Of a DNA stretch of 64,000 bases, positions 19,233-29,934 are shown in pieces. The DNA lies in the NCBI GenBank assembly GCA_963796685.1, contig CAWCMR010000015.1, forward strand, positions 256,001 to 320,000. The letters are read 5' to 3'. Position 1 is the first letter of the stretch. Each line of letters starts with the position of its first letter. The DNA comes from an uncultured delta proteobacterium. GTDB taxonomy: Bacteria; Myxococcota_A; Polyangia; Fen-1088. The translations under genes and the position numbers were made by a program. Below the pieces are notes generated by a model. It ran no database searches, was not told the DNA's origin, and saw nothing but the letters and a program-made list of their open reading frames with translations.

Positions 19233-20302
19233 TGCGCGAGCCAGTCGCGGAGCTCGCCCGTGACGACTTTCGGTGCCTGGGCCAGAGCCGAAGCCCGCGC
19301 CACTCCGGCCAACATGCACGCCGTGCGGAGCCCGTCGATGACCGAGGCCAGGAAGCGGGTCGCGCCCGCTGCGCCGCCCTTGCCCGCAGCCACGAGGACC
19401 GGTTGGGCCAGTCCCACCACGCGCGCGCCAAGAGCCAGGGCGCGCGCCACGTCGAGCCCGCTGCGAATGCCGCCCGAGGCGATGATTTCGGGGCGCAGCT
19501 TGGAATCGGCGAGCCAACCCACGCAGGCCGCGGTGGGAAGGCCCCATTCGTGAAAGAGGGCGCCGCGCGACGCTTGCTCACCCTTGGCGCGCAGGGCCTC
19601 GATGGCGATCCACGAGGTTCCGCCAGCGCCCGACACGTCGATGGCGGCGACGCCGGCCTCGTCCAGGCTGCGCGCGACCGCCGGCGAAATTCCGCAACCG
19701 GTCTCCTTGACGACGACGGGCTTGCCCAATTCCCTGGCCAGCCGCCGGATGGTGGCAAGGCCGGCGCGGAAGTCGGTGTCCCCTCCGGGCTGCGCCAGCT
19801 CCTGCCCGACGTTCAGGTGGATGGCCAGGGCGTCTGCGCCCACGCGCTCGACGGCCGCGACGACGGCGCTGGTCTTCATGCCCGCCAGCTGCACGACGCC
19901 GAAATTGGCGAGCAGGAGCACGTCCGGGGCCACGTCGCGCACCTCGTAGGTCGCGGCCAGCTCGGGCTTGTCCAGCATGGGGCGCTGGCTGCCGAGGCCG
20001 AAGGCGATGCCGAGCGACTGGGCCGCCCTGGCCAGGTCACGGTTGATGGCGCGACCCTCGCGGGTGCCTCCCGTCATGCCGGTGATGAGGATGGGCGCGG
20101 CAAGCTTGCGGCCGAGGAGCGTGGTGCCGAGCTCGATATCGGCGAAGGCCAGCTCGGGCAGGGCACAGTGAACGAGGTGTACATGCTCGAGCAAGGTCGA
20201 GCGCTGGTAGGCGCCCGCGCCAGAACGGGCGATCTGGATGTGATCGGCCTTGCGTTGGGCAATGTCGGTCGGTGGTTTGCGCGGCATGCGAAAGACGGAC
20301 AT
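19220..20302 (-). CDS. fni: Type 2 isopentenyl-diphosphate delta-isomerase
   Basis: RKADHI, ITGMTGG, GLGSQR, HLN..QE, VKETGCG, GAGGTSW and ASGGIR. Confidence 0.93.
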   Translation of the reverse strand: MSVFRMPRKPPTDIAQRKADHIQIARSGAGAYQRSTLLEHVHLVHCALPELAFADIELGTTLLGRKLAAPILITGMTGGTREGRAINRDLARAAQSLGIAFGLGSQRPMLDKPELAATYEVRDVAPDVLLLANFGVVQLAGMKTSAVVAAVERVGADALAIHLNVGQELAQPGGDTDFRAGLATIRRLARELGKPVVVKETGCGISPAVARSLDEAGVAAIDVSGAGGTSWIAIEALRAKGEQASRGALFHEWGLPTAACVGWLADSKLRPEIIASGGIRSGLDVARALALGARVVGLAQPVLVAAGKGGAAGATRFLASVIDGLRTACMLAGVARASALAQAPKVVTGELRDWLAQCPS

Positions 20303-20344
20303 TTGAGCACGCGGGTGGCTGCTCGTCGAGGGGCGAGGTTGGTG

Positions 20345-20425
20345 CCTAGGAGGCTGGTGTCAAACGGCTCCCGTCGCTTGGCGGGCTGCGGGACCCGCCC
20401 GCTTCGTTGCTCGTCGGTTAAATAC
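20345..20425. repeat. Half copy (81 bp, inverted) of the MITE-like element at 25077-25244
   Basis: CCTAGGAGGCTGGTGTCAAACGGCTCCCGTCG...GTCGGTTAAATAC matches the reverse complement of 25164-25244 with about 2 mismatches. Confidence 0.85.
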
Positions 20426-21748
20426 CTAGCGTTCCTGAGCGGTCTTGGCTGTCTTCAAAAACTCTTGCCACCCGACCAGGTGGTTGATTTCGGCGAGCAC
20501 GCGGCCGTCGGGGGTGGCCACGCGCACCGCGGGCAGGGTATCGACGTGGTACTTGGCCTTGATGGGAGCAAGCGAAACGTCCTCGCTCTCGCGGCTGAGA
20601 TCGATACGAAGCAGAACGAAGTCGGCCAGGGTGGGGGCGACGTCGGGACGGCCGAAGACCTTCACGTCCATTTCCTGGCACGGCAGGCACCAGTCGGCCA
20701 TGAAGTCCACCAGCATGGGTTTTCCCTGGGCGCGTGCCGCGGCCACGGCGGCGGGCTCGGAGCGCAGCCAGTCGATGTGAATCGCCGGTGTCAGAAGGTA
20801 GTTGATGAACCCGAGGAGACCGGCCGCGACCAGCACGATGCCGGCCGCCTTGCGCACCGCCTGCCGGACGCCGGCCGAAAATGAAAGGTGTACGGCGCCG
20901 AGAACGAGACCGGCGCCTACTGCGACGGCGGTGCCAACCAGGAAGGGGTTGCCGCGTCCGGTGAGCCGCCCGAGCGCGGGCACGATGGGGCGCAAGTAGT
21001 AGAGCCCAGCCACGACCAGCGCGATGCCGAACACGCTCTTGACCGCGTTCATCCACGGACCGGATTTCGGCAATTGCATCGAGAAGCCGGCGATGGCCCA
21101 GAAGGGGACACCGATCCCGGCAGCGTAGGTGGCGAGCAGGAGGAATCCGTTCCCGGCATCGTGCGTAGTCGCGACGTAGGCCAAGATCCCGGCCAGCGGC
21201 GGGCCGGTACAGGGTGCGGCGATGAGACCGCCCACCAGGCCCATGAAGAAGGCGCCTACCAAGCCTCGGCCACCGACGCGCGACAGGCGCTCGTGCACGG
21301 ACGCCGGCAGAGCCAAATCGAAGGCGCCGAACATGGAGGCCGCCATGGCGAAGAAGAACAACGCCAGCGGCACGACGACGAAGGGGTTGGCCAAGAATGT
21401 TCCGAAGGCCCTGCCGAGCAGGGCGAAGGTCGTGCCCAGCGTTCCGAACATGACGGCGATTCCGGCAACGTAGGCCGTGGCAAGCAGAAAAGCTCGCCCG
21501 CGCGACGAGGCGCCGCGCGCGCCGAAGATGCTGATGGTGATGGGAATCATCGGATACACGCAAGGCGTGAGCGAGGTCAGAAACCCCGCGGTCAAGGCGA
21601 AAACGAAGGCGTTCAGTGTTCCCCTGCTGGCCGCGGTGGCGAAGTCGCCCGCGTGCGCGGCGGTGGGCAGCAGGAGCGCGGTGATGAATGCCCCGAAGCC
21701 CTCGACTGCCAGCCAAGCAGAGCCCGGACGATTGCAAATGTTCGGCAC
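20426..21748 (-). CDS. dsbD: DsbD-like thiol:disulfide interchange protein (membrane domain plus thioredoxin); start uncertain
   Basis: SLTPCVYPMIP, APCTGP, LPKSGPWM and VDFMADWCLPC. Confidence 0.85.
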   Translation of the reverse strand: MPNICNRPGSAWLAVEGFGAFITALLLPTAAHAGDFATAASRGTLNAFVFALTAGFLTSLTPCVYPMIPITISIFGARGASSRGRAFLLATAYVAGIAVMFGTLGTTFALLGRAFGTFLANPFVVVPLALFFFAMAASMFGAFDLALPASVHERLSRVGGRGLVGAFFMGLVGGLIAAPCTGPPLAGILAYVATTHDAGNGFLLLATYAAGIGVPFWAIAGFSMQLPKSGPWMNAVKSVFGIALVVAGLYYLRPIVPALGRLTGRGNPFLVGTAVAVGAGLVLGAVHLSFSAGVRQAVRKAAGIVLVAAGLLGFINYLLTPAIHIDWLRSEPAAVAAARAQGKPMLVDFMADWCLPCQEMDVKVFGRPDVAPTLADFVLLRIDLSRESEDVSLAPIKAKYHVDTLPAVRVATPDGRVLAEINHLVGWQEFLKTAKTAQER

Positions 21749-21807
21749 CCTTCAGATCTAGCACACGAGGTCCGGCTGTGACATCGACCACACGATGCGC
21801 GGGCGAC

Positions 21808-22578
21808 CTATGGCTTGGGCTCGGCAGGGATGGGGCGAAGGATCTGTCCCTGCTTGGGCACGCCATTGCCCTTTTCCCACTTCCCCTGCGCGACCATCAC
21901 CTGGTAGTCGGAAAAACGCATGGGGCGCGTGGCGATGGGTTGGTACGAGCCGAGAAAACCGAAGTGCAAGTGCGGCGTCACGGCGTTGCCGGAGTTTCCA
22001 CAGCGGCCGATCATTTGGCCGGCGTGAACGATGTCCCCGACCTTCACCGCGATCGAGCCGCGCTGAAGGTGGCGAAACTCGCTGAGCTCGTCAGGCGTGT
22101 GCTCGAGGATGACGAAGTTGCCCGGCTCGTGCTTGCGCGACTCGTGAAACGGCAGCAGCTCGCGTTCGCCGTCTCTGGCCCACACCACGCGGCCGTCGGC
22201 CGGGGCCAAGATCGGCCTGCCGTAGCACGGATGATCGGCCAAGCGCTTGCGCTTGCGGAACACGCTCTCGCTCACGATGGGCTCGGCGGGAACGAAGTCG
22301 AGCGCGTAGGCGGCATAGCCGCTGTGGGTGCCGCCGCTGTCCATGCCTTGCAGCACCCCCCAGGCACCGTCGAAGGGCAGGCGCAACTTGGTCTTCTGCT
22401 CAGGCGCCGAGCTCAGGGCGACGGCGCCAGCCGGCGGCTCGCGCAGCGGTCGGGCCTTGGCGGTTTTCGACGGATTGGCGAGCGTCGTGGACGGGGACAG
22501 TCCGAGCAGTCCGACAAGGCTCCACGCCGGCCAGCCGAGGCCGGCCGAGCCCTTTCGCGGAATGCGTCGAGCGAGCAT
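21808..22578 (-). CDS. M23 family metallopeptidase
   Basis: H...YALDF, GNFVILEH, HLQRGS and GNSGNAVTPHLHF; N-terminal signal peptide. Confidence 0.85.
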   Translation of the reverse strand: MLARRIPRKGSAGLGWPAWSLVGLLGLSPSTTLANPSKTAKARPLREPPAGAVALSSAPEQKTKLRLPFDGAWGVLQGMDSGGTHSGYAAYALDFVPAEPIVSESVFRKRKRLADHPCYGRPILAPADGRVVWARDGERELLPFHESRKHEPGNFVILEHTPDELSEFRHLQRGSIAVKVGDIVHAGQMIGRCGNSGNAVTPHLHFGFLGSYQPIATRPMRFSDYQVMVAQGKWEKGNGVPKQGQILRPIPAEPKP

Positions 22579-22773
22579 GGCGCCCCTATCATAGGCACAT
22601 CGCCGGGTGCCGAGGCACGCCTCGACCAGACGCTCTCTCCTCCTGCTGGGATACATCTCGTTGACGATTCAATAGCCTCGGCCAGCTTGCTGCGTTGTGG
22701 CTCTATCCATGCCGATTGGGCTGGTAGGATTTTCTTGCCGCCCTGGGCCTAATTCATGGCATACTTCGTCACT

Positions 22774-23016
22774 ATGCGAATCATCAGACGTTACTCCAAC
22801 CGCAAGCTGTACGACACGCAGGAGAGCCACTATGTGACTCTCACTCAGGTCGCCGCACTGGTCCGCAACGGTGAAGAAATCCGAGTCATCGCCAAGGACA
22901 CGAACAGCGACCTGACCGCCGCCACCCTCGCTCTCATCATTTTCGAGGAGGAGAAGCGCGGGCCGCGCCTGCCGGTTGCGGGATTGCGCCGGATCATCCA
23001 GACCGGCGAGATCTAG
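22774..23016 (+). CDS. PhaR-like (PHA synthesis regulator) DNA-binding domain protein
   Basis: [23 protein letters not shown]...[11 protein letters not shown]. Confidence 0.85.
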   Translation: MRIIRRYSNRKLYDTQESHYVTLTQVAALVRNGEEIRVIAKDTNSDLTAATLALIIFEEEKRGPRLPVAGLRRIIQTGEI

Positions 23017-25006
23017 CTCGCTTCCGATTGGTGAATCGGTTCTCATGCCCCGGGCGCTCCGGCGGCACGAGGCAATCCTTGCCGTGACCAATGAGCTCCC
23101 TGCGCCCCATGCGCGCAAGAGACTGACGTATGAGTGGCCAGTTGGCCGGATCGTGGTAGCGCAAGAACGCCTTGTGCAGCCTTCGCCGAGTCTCTCCCTT
23201 GATGATCGGCATGTCGCCATGGGTCGTCGGATCTGCGCGTTGTAGGGGATTGTGTCCGGTGTGGTACATGGCGGTTGCCAAGGCCATGGGTGTGGGCAAG
23301 AAGGCCTGGACCTGGTCGGGCCGAAACCCGTTACGCTTGCACCACAGGGCCAGGTCCACCATGTCCTCGTCGGTCGTGCCGGGGTGGGCGGCCATGAAGT
23401 AGGGGATGAGGTACTGTTCCTTGCCGGCCTCGCGTGAGAATCGGTCGAACAGGGCGCGAAACTTTTCGTAGCTGGCGATGCCCGGTTTTTGCATCTTGGC
23501 CAGGGGCCCGGGCTGCGTGTGCTCGGGCGCGATCTTGAGATAGCCCCCCACGTGATGCTTGACCAGCTCTTCGACGTATTCCGGGGATCGGACCGCGAGG
23601 TCGTAGCGGATCCCGGAGCCGATGGTGATCTTCTTGACACCCTTGATCTGGCGCGCTCGCCGATAAAGGCGAATGAGTGCGCCGTGGTCGGTGTCGAGGT
23701 TGGAGCAGACGCCGGGATAGACGCAGGAAAGACGACGGCAGGCGGCCTCGAAGGCGGGGTCGCGGCACGCCAGGCGGTACATGTTGGCGGTCGGGCCGCC
23801 CAAATCGGAAATGACCCCGGTGAATCCAGGGGTCTTGTCGCGCACGGCTTCGATCTCGCGCACGATGGAGGTTTCCGAGCGGTTCTGGATGATGCGGCCT
23901 TCGTGCTCGGTGAGCGAGCAGAACGTACAGCCACCGAAACATCCACGCATGATGGCCACCGAGCTCTTGATCATCTCGTAGGCCGGGATCGGCTGGTTGC
24001 CGTAGCCGGGATGGGGCCGGCGCGAGTAAGGAAGATCGTAGACCGCGTCCAGATCGGCGGTGGGCAAGGGCAGGGTGGGTGGGTTCAGCCACACGTCGCG
24101 ATCGGCGTGTCGTTGAACCAGGGCACGCGCGTTGCCGGGGTTGGACTCGAGGTGCAGTACGCGCGAGGCGTGGGCATAGAGGCGCGCCGAGCGCGACACC
24201 GCCTCGAAGCTCGGGATGCGCACCACCGTGGTTGCGGCGGACAGCCCGGCGGCGTGCAACGACTGGCCAGGTGCGCGCGCGTCCAGCTCCGAAAATCCCT
24301 CGGGGCGGCTGCCCGCCGGCCGTGAGAACGCGGTGCCTCGGATGTCCATGAGGTCGCGCACCTTCTCGCGGCCGGCCAGGCGGTGGGCGATCTCGACCAC
24401 CTGTCGCTCGCCATTGCCGAACACCAAGAGATCGGCCTTGGCATCGAGCAGGATCGACCGGCGGACCTTCTCCGACCAGTAGTCGAAATGGGCGGCGCGC
24501 CGCAAGCTCGCCTCGATGCCGCCGAGGATGATGGGGACGTCCGGGAAGGCCTCGCGACAGCGCTGGGCGTAGACCACGGCCGCGCGGTCGGGGCGCATCC
24601 CCGCCTTGCCGCCCGGCGAGTAGGCATCGTCGCTGCGGATGCGGCGTTCGGAGGTGTAGTGGTTGACCATGGAGTCCATGTTGCCCGCGGTGATGCCGAG
24701 CATGACGGTGGGCTCGCCCAGGGCGGCGAAGGATTTGGCCGAGCGCCAATCCGGCTGCGCGATGATACCGACCCGAAAGCCCTGCTCTTCGAGCACCCGC
24801 CCAATCAAGGCGGCGCCGAAGCTCGGGTGATCGATGTACGCGTCGCCGCTTACCAGGATGACGTCGCAGGCATCCCAGCCAAGCGCATCCATTTCCTGAC
24901 GGGACATGGGCAACACCGTCGACGGCCCCAAACGTTTCGCCCAGTGTTTGCGCCGGGCGAAGAGCGACGGGCGCAGATGCGCCGGGGAAACGACGAGCTC
25001 GTGCAT
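22994..25006 (-). CDS. ygiQ: YgiQ family (UPF0313) radical SAM protein
   Basis: [42 protein letters not shown] and [12 protein letters not shown]; start set at ATG 25006. Confidence 0.92.
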   Translation of the reverse strand: MHELVVSPAHLRPSLFARRKHWAKRLGPSTVLPMSRQEMDALGWDACDVILVSGDAYIDHPSFGAALIGRVLEEQGFRVGIIAQPDWRSAKSFAALGEPTVMLGITAGNMDSMVNHYTSERRIRSDDAYSPGGKAGMRPDRAAVVYAQRCREAFPDVPIILGGIEASLRRAAHFDYWSEKVRRSILLDAKADLLVFGNGERQVVEIAHRLAGREKVRDLMDIRGTAFSRPAGSRPEGFSELDARAPGQSLHAAGLSAATTVVRIPSFEAVSRSARLYAHASRVLHLESNPGNARALVQRHADRDVWLNPPTLPLPTADLDAVYDLPYSRRPHPGYGNQPIPAYEMIKSSVAIMRGCFGGCTFCSLTEHEGRIIQNRSETSIVREIEAVRDKTPGFTGVISDLGGPTANMYRLACRDPAFEAACRRLSCVYPGVCSNLDTDHGALIRLYRRARQIKGVKKITIGSGIRYDLAVRSPEYVEELVKHHVGGYLKIAPEHTQPGPLAKMQKPGIASYEKFRALFDRFSREAGKEQYLIPYFMAAHPGTTDEDMVDLALWCKRNGFRPDQVQAFLPTPMALATAMYHTGHNPLQRADPTTHGDMPIIKGETRRRLHKAFLRYHDPANWPLIRQSLARMGRRELIGHGKDCLVPPERPGHENRFTNRKRARSRRSG

Positions 25007-25076
25007 GGCCCCATCCCGCGATCTCGTCCGGCCGGTCTTGGGAGGCTGTTCTTGCACGGCTGCCAACTCTAGCAGG

Positions 25077-25244
25077 CCTAGGAGGTTGGTGTTAAATGGC
25101 GGACCGAGCTCTGGCGGAGCGAGGCGCCCCGGCCGCGAGGCGCGAGGAGGGCGAATACTGGACGTATTTAACCGACGAGCAACGAAGCGGACGGGGCCCG
25201 CAGCCCGCCAAGCGACGGGAGCCGTTTGACACCAGCCTCCTAGG
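25077..25244. mobile_element. 168-bp MITE-like non-autonomous element with terminal inverted repeats
   Basis: CCTAGGAGGTTGGTGTTAAATGGC ... GCCGTTTGACACCAGCCTCCTAGG (24-bp imperfect TIRs, CTAG at both ends); a second partial copy is at 20345. Confidence 0.75.
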
Positions 25245-25362
25245 ATGGGTTCGTGGTCGTCCCGAGCACGATGTCCGTCGCTGAGCTGCACAAATAGGCA
25301 TCGACAGGCCGATAAACCAAGATGTAGCATGCCTTACCCTTTTCACCTGTCTCTCGGAGCAA

Positions 25363-27087
25363 ATGATGAATCATCGGCGTTTTCCTTCCCACGACCTGAG
25401 TCTGGTACTGGCGCTCGGATGCGCCTTGGCCATCGGGGGCTTGGCATGTGCTGGCACGCGAGCCAGCGACGGTGGCGGCGGGGACGGAGGCACAACCGGC
25501 CAGGGTGGGGCTGGCGGCACCGGTGGTGATACCTCGGTCGGCGGCGGGCATGGAGGCGAGGGTGGGGGCGGGGGCTCGTCGGTGGGCGGTTCGGGTGGCA
25601 GCACCACCATCCCAACCATCGCGTGCACCACGGACGCCGAGTGCGCCTCGGACAGCCTGTTCTGCGAGCCGGCCACGAAGCTATGCGTGCGGTGTGTAAA
25701 GAGCGCGGATTGTGCGTCGGGCGGGCACTGCCTTGGCAATGCCTGTGTTTCCGTGGCGGCATGCAACAGCACCCGCGATTGCGGCGGGGATCGAGTTTGC
25801 GATCCGGGTCGCGGCGTCTGCGTCCAGTGCACGACGAACAACGACTGTTCCAGTGGGCAGACGTGCATCTCCAATCAATGCATCGCGGGTTGCCAGCAAT
25901 CCAGCGACTGCGGCGCGGGCAAGGTGTGCGACACCGCCGCCAGCAAGTGCGTGCAGTGTGCGGCTGACAGCGATTGCGACGCCAGCACCCAGCACTGCGT
26001 CCAAAACACTTGCCGAACCACGTGCGACTCGGACAAGACCTGTGCGCCGCAAGACATGCTGTGCGACATGGCCAACTCGGACTGCGTGATGTGCAAGACC
26101 GACTCGGATTGTCCGGCCTCCTCGTTCTGCGACGCCGGAACCTGCAAGGCCGACCTGTGCGACGCAACCCAGGCCATGTGCCTCGGCACCAGCCTGGTGC
26201 CGTGCACGGCCAATGGCAACGGCTGGGGGCCGGTCTCGAATTGCCCCGCCGACAAGCCATGCACGGCCTACGGCAGCGTCGCGAGCTGCGGCGGTTCGTC
26301 GGACGGCGGCGTGCTGCCGCCCATCGATGGCGGCCAAACCGGCGACGGACCGATCGGAGCCTGCACCACGGCGACCCTGAATCCGTGTACGACCATCTCC
26401 AAGTTGACCGGGACGCAAACGCTGGATGGCAAGGATGACGATCTTTGCCAGGTGCCGTCCTTCCAGTTCAGCGCGACCAACGCGGCCAAGGTGAACAACT
26501 ACAACAACGTTCCGCTCACCCAGTTCGAGACCGTCACGGGTCGCGTGGCCTGGTCCTCGGCCGGTTTCAGCGCGTTCTTCGATGTCGCGGATACCAGCGT
26601 TCAGACCGTGAACATGGCCGACCCGAGCCAGGCCATCAGCAAGACCTACCAGGGCGACTCCCTCGAGATCATGATCTCGTCGAACAACAACGTGACCGGA
26701 CTGACCGGCACCGACAACAACGCGCTTCACGTCATCATTCCGGCCAACGGCCCGGCCGTGTCGGTGAAGACCAGCAACAACGGCGGCTCCAGCTCGGGGA
26801 CGCCGACGGCGCTTCCCGCGGGCCAATACAAGCAGGCCGTCACCAGCACCGGCTACGCCATCGAGGTCCAGCTACCCTGGCCGGGCGGTGCTCCCAATTC
26901 CGGAACGCAGGTTCGCTTCGATCTGGCCTTGAACAGCGCCGATAGCACCTTCGGCTCCATCGATGACATGCGCGACGGCCAGTTGTCCTATTACGTGGGA
27001 ACCGTCGGCGGCACCTCGACCTGTCAGGGCACCGACACCGTGCCTTTCTGCGATGACCGCGCCTGGTGCACGACCTCGTTGCAATAG
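25363..27087 (+). CDS. Lipoprotein: Gly-rich stalk, Cys-rich repeats, C-terminal CBM9/DOMON-like sugar-binding domain
   Basis: GLAC lipobox; repeated CVQC..DSDC units; LDG..DD, YQGDSLEI and GYAIEVQLPW...FDLALN. Confidence 0.7.
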   Translation: MMNHRRFPSHDLSLVLALGCALAIGGLACAGTRASDGGGGDGGTTGQGGAGGTGGDTSVGGGHGGEGGGGGSSVGGSGGSTTIPTIACTTDAECASDSLFCEPATKLCVRCVKSADCASGGHCLGNACVSVAACNSTRDCGGDRVCDPGRGVCVQCTTNNDCSSGQTCISNQCIAGCQQSSDCGAGKVCDTAASKCVQCAADSDCDASTQHCVQNTCRTTCDSDKTCAPQDMLCDMANSDCVMCKTDSDCPASSFCDAGTCKADLCDATQAMCLGTSLVPCTANGNGWGPVSNCPADKPCTAYGSVASCGGSSDGGVLPPIDGGQTGDGPIGACTTATLNPCTTISKLTGTQTLDGKDDDLCQVPSFQFSATNAAKVNNYNNVPLTQFETVTGRVAWSSAGFSAFFDVADTSVQTVNMADPSQAISKTYQGDSLEIMISSNNNVTGLTGTDNNALHVIIPANGPAVSVKTSNNGGSSSGTPTALPAGQYKQAVTSTGYAIEVQLPWPGGAPNSGTQVRFDLALNSADSTFGSIDDMRDGQLSYYVGTVGGTSTCQGTDTVPFCDDRAWCTTSLQ

Positions 27088-27101
27088 GGCGAAAAGAACA
27101 C

Positions 27102-28070
27102 CTACGGGGTGCCGTAGACCGCGCTGAACAGCGTCTCGGCTGCGTTCAGCATGGCGAGGCCGGGCTCGTCCAGAAGCTCGCCCGGCAGCTCGACGATGCG
27201 GCCCTGACCGCGGCAAGGGGGCGCATGGTTCATGCCAGGATACTTGCACACGCGCTCTGCGGAACCCTCGCGCGTGACGATGATTTCCGGCGCCAACGCC
27301 AGAACCTGTTCGGCCGCGTAGGCCGGCCAATCGCGATAGCCCGCGGCCGCGACGTCGATGAGGCCCGCCGCCACCAGGATGTCGTGGTACGAGGTGCCGA
27401 GCGTGCCTCCCTGCAGATCGGGGCCCAGGGTCGAAAGGTACATGGCGCGAAGGGGCTTGCGCGTTCCCAGGCCGGAGCTGACCCTGCGCATGCGCCAGGT
27501 GAATTCGTGCATGAGCCGCTGCGCGCGCTCGGGCGCTTCGAGGAGCTCGCCCAGGCCCAGGGCCACATAGGACAAACTTCTCTCCCCGCGCAGCTCGCCC
27601 AGATCGAAGACCTCGATGCCGGCGTCGCGCAGGCGTTCCGCGTACCCGGGTGACCCGAAGCTGTTGGTCAGCACGAGATCGGGTTTCAAAGCCACCATGG
27701 CCTCGGCGGGACCAAAACCGTCGACGGTGGTCATGCCCTGGTAGCGGAAACCGTCGCGCTTGCGTTCGGCCGCCGCCCGACTGACGGCGAGGATGCGCGT
27801 GGGCTCGCACAGCTCGAGGAGCAGGTGGTCGGTCACGAGATTGGTCGAGACGATGCGCTGGTAGTGGCGCAGGGAAACCAGGTGGCCGGTGGCGTCGGCG
27901 ATGGCGAAACCTCCGGAACCGAGCCGGACGCGGGGCGGCCCGCCCGCGACGGTCGGGGTGGATGCGCGCACGGGGTGCACGCGTGGACGGACATGCGGCC
28001 AGCCCAGGGACAGCGTGCCCGCCACGGCCAGGAGCAAGGCCGCGCCATTCAAGGCGCTGACCCGGTTCAC
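27102..28070 (-). CDS. ABC transporter substrate-binding protein (BtuF/heme/siderophore type)
   Basis: RIVSTNLVTDHLLLEL, EAMVALKPDLVL and EQVLALAPEII; GTG start overlaps the ATPase stop. Confidence 0.8.
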   Translation of the reverse strand: MNRVSALNGAALLLAVAGTLSLGWPHVRPRVHPVRASTPTVAGGPPRVRLGSGGFAIADATGHLVSLRHYQRIVSTNLVTDHLLLELCEPTRILAVSRAAAERKRDGFRYQGMTTVDGFGPAEAMVALKPDLVLTNSFGSPGYAERLRDAGIEVFDLGELRGERSLSYVALGLGELLEAPERAQRLMHEFTWRMRRVSSGLGTRKPLRAMYLSTLGPDLQGGTLGTSYHDILVAAGLIDVAAAGYRDWPAYAAEQVLALAPEIIVTREGSAERVCKYPGMNHAPPCRGQGRIVELPGELLDEPGLAMLNAAETLFSAVYGTP

Positions 28071-28843
28071 CGCTCTCGCCCCGCGATCACGCGATACCCG
28101 AAGTGCGCACCCGGAAGGAGATCCACGCCAAAGACCTCGCGTACCGGCGCGGCGGCGATCACCTCGGCCACCGGGCCGACGCACACGGCGCGGCCCTGAC
28201 GAAGAAGCAAGGCCCGGTCGCAGAACTCGCCCACCTCGTCGAGATGGTGCAGGGCCACGATGATGGCGTGCCCGCCTGCGGCGAGCTCACGCAGGCGGTG
28301 GAGCAGGGAAAGCGCGTGGGCGACATCGAGCGCGGCGGTGGGCTCGTCGAGGAGCAGGACGGGGGCGCCCGTCGCCAGGGCCCGGGCCAACAACACGAGA
28401 CGGCGCTCACCGTAGGACAGGCGCGAGAAGGGGCGATCGGCGAGATGGGCAGCCCCGGTCGCTTCCAGGGCGTGGACGACCGCGGCGGCATCGTCGCGAC
28501 TGGCGCGCCCCCAGGCATCGCGATGGGCAAAACGGCCCTGCGTCACCACCTCGCGGGCCAGCATGGGTGCATCGAGGGTCGAGTGCTGCGGGACGTAGGC
28601 CAGGCCTCGCGCGCGCGCTTGGCGCGTGAGCGCGTTGGCCGAATTCCCGTCGAGGAGCATCTCGCCTTCGTAGGGCAGGATTCCCGCCAGGGCCTTCATG
28701 AGCGTGCTCTTGCCCGCGCCGTTGGGGCCGACCAGGGCCAGTACCTCTCCGGCCTCGACCGAGACGGAAATATCGTCGAGCAGACGCCGCGTTCCGCGCA
28801 CCACGCCGAGCTTGTGCGCTTCGAGGCGCGGCGGGCTAGCCAT
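28067..28843 (-). CDS. ABC transporter ATP-binding protein (FecE/HmuV/BtuD type)
   Basis: GPNGAGKST, LSYGE, LLLDEPT and H-loop. Confidence 0.9.
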   Translation of the reverse strand: MASPPRLEAHKLGVVRGTRRLLDDISVSVEAGEVLALVGPNGAGKSTLMKALAGILPYEGEMLLDGNSANALTRQARARGLAYVPQHSTLDAPMLAREVVTQGRFAHRDAWGRASRDDAAAVVHALEATGAAHLADRPFSRLSYGERRLVLLARALATGAPVLLLDEPTAALDVAHALSLLHRLRELAAGGHAIIVALHHLDEVGEFCDRALLLRQGRAVCVGPVAEVIAAAPVREVFGVDLLPGAHFGYRVIAGRER

Positions 28844-29816
28844 GCTCGACCTCGCGGTACGAGCGGGCGAGCAGGTAGAGGAACACCGGGGCCCCGATGA
28901 TGCCGGTGACCACGCCCAAGGGCAGCTCGCTGCGACTCGGGAAGACCCGGGCGATGAGGTCGCACAGGACCAGGAAGCTGCCGCCCAGAAGCGCGGCCGC
29001 CGGAATCAGGCGCCGGTGGCGCACGCCCACGATGGGACGCAAGACGTGAGGAACAACCAGGCCGACGAAGGCGATGTTGCCGCCCACGGCGATGGCGGCC
29101 GAGGTCAGCACCGCGACCCAGACCACGGTCCATCGTCGCGCCTGGCCGACCTCGACCCCGAGGGTGCGCGCCTCGTCCTCACCCGAGAGCAACACGTCGA
29201 GCGTCCCGCTCCACGACCAGCAGGCGAACAGCCCGACGAGCACGAAGGGCAGGGCGGCCAGCACCTGGCGCGGTCCCGTTCCACCCACGCCCCCCAAGGT
29301 GAAGGAGACCACGGCGCGGCTCAGATCCCACTGATCCTGGGCCAGGCTGGTGACGAAACCGCCCATGGCGAGAAAGAGCGACGACAGGATGAAGCCGGTC
29401 AGGATGAGCACCAGGGTGCCGGTCCGATCGCGACAGAAGACCATCAGGATGCCGAGCGAGATCCCGGCGCCGACGAAGCAGCCGAGCGGGAGCACCAGCT
29501 CGGACGGGATCGCCGAGCCGGCCGCGCCCCAGGCCAGGGCGAGCAAGGCGAGCTGTCCACCCAGGCTGGCGCCCGCCGTGGTGCCCAGGATGGCCGGGCT
29601 GACGAGAGGGTTGCGAAACATGCCTTGAACCACGACCCCACCCACGGCCAGGGCAGCCCCGGCGAGCAAGGCAGCGGCGACCCGGGTGGCCCGCAGCTCG
29701 AGCAGAGTGTCCCGCAGGGCAGGGTCCCACAGGGTGCCGTGTCCGACGGCAAGCGCCAGCGCCGCGACCGCGACGAGCAGGGCGAGAAGAACCGCGTAGA
29801 CAGTTGCGATTTTCAT
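28836..29816 (-). CDS. Iron/cobalamin chelate ABC permease (FecCD/BtuC family)
   Basis: QGMFRNPLVSP, GEDEARTLGV, IAFVGLVVPH and ELPLGVVT. Confidence 0.9.
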   Translation of the reverse strand: MKIATVYAVLLALLVAVAALALAVGHGTLWDPALRDTLLELRATRVAAALLAGAALAVGGVVVQGMFRNPLVSPAILGTTAGASLGGQLALLALAWGAAGSAIPSELVLPLGCFVGAGISLGILMVFCRDRTGTLVLILTGFILSSLFLAMGGFVTSLAQDQWDLSRAVVSFTLGGVGGTGPRQVLAALPFVLVGLFACWSWSGTLDVLLSGEDEARTLGVEVGQARRWTVVWVAVLTSAAIAVGGNIAFVGLVVPHVLRPIVGVRHRRLIPAAALLGGSFLVLCDLIARVFPSRSELPLGVVTGIIGAPVFLYLLARSYREVEHG

Positions 29817-29842
29817 GGCCTGGCCTTGCTCGGAGAGCGGCC

Positions 29843-29872
29843 AAGCTAGTCCGCCGTCCGGGCGGGTGTCAA
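29843..29872 (-). promoter_or_regulatory. Putative sigma70 promoter for the ABC operon
   Basis: Minus-strand TTGACA-N18-TAGCTT about 27 nt upstream of the permease ATG. Confidence 0.45.
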
Positions 29873-29934
29873 GGCAGGCGCCGCCAAGCACGCGTTTTCT
29901 CAGTTTTCCGGATCGGTTCTGTTAATGTCCGGCC

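Noticed and set aside
25007-25330. 108-aa N-terminal extension of ygiQ in the ORF track
   Set aside because: It is read-through of the MITE-like element; family similarity starts near ATG 25006.
29817-29934. Cobalamin riboswitch upstream of the Btu/Fec-like ABC operon
   Set aside because: The gap is only about 118 bp, is shared with lon, and has no B12-box or other recognisable conserved core.
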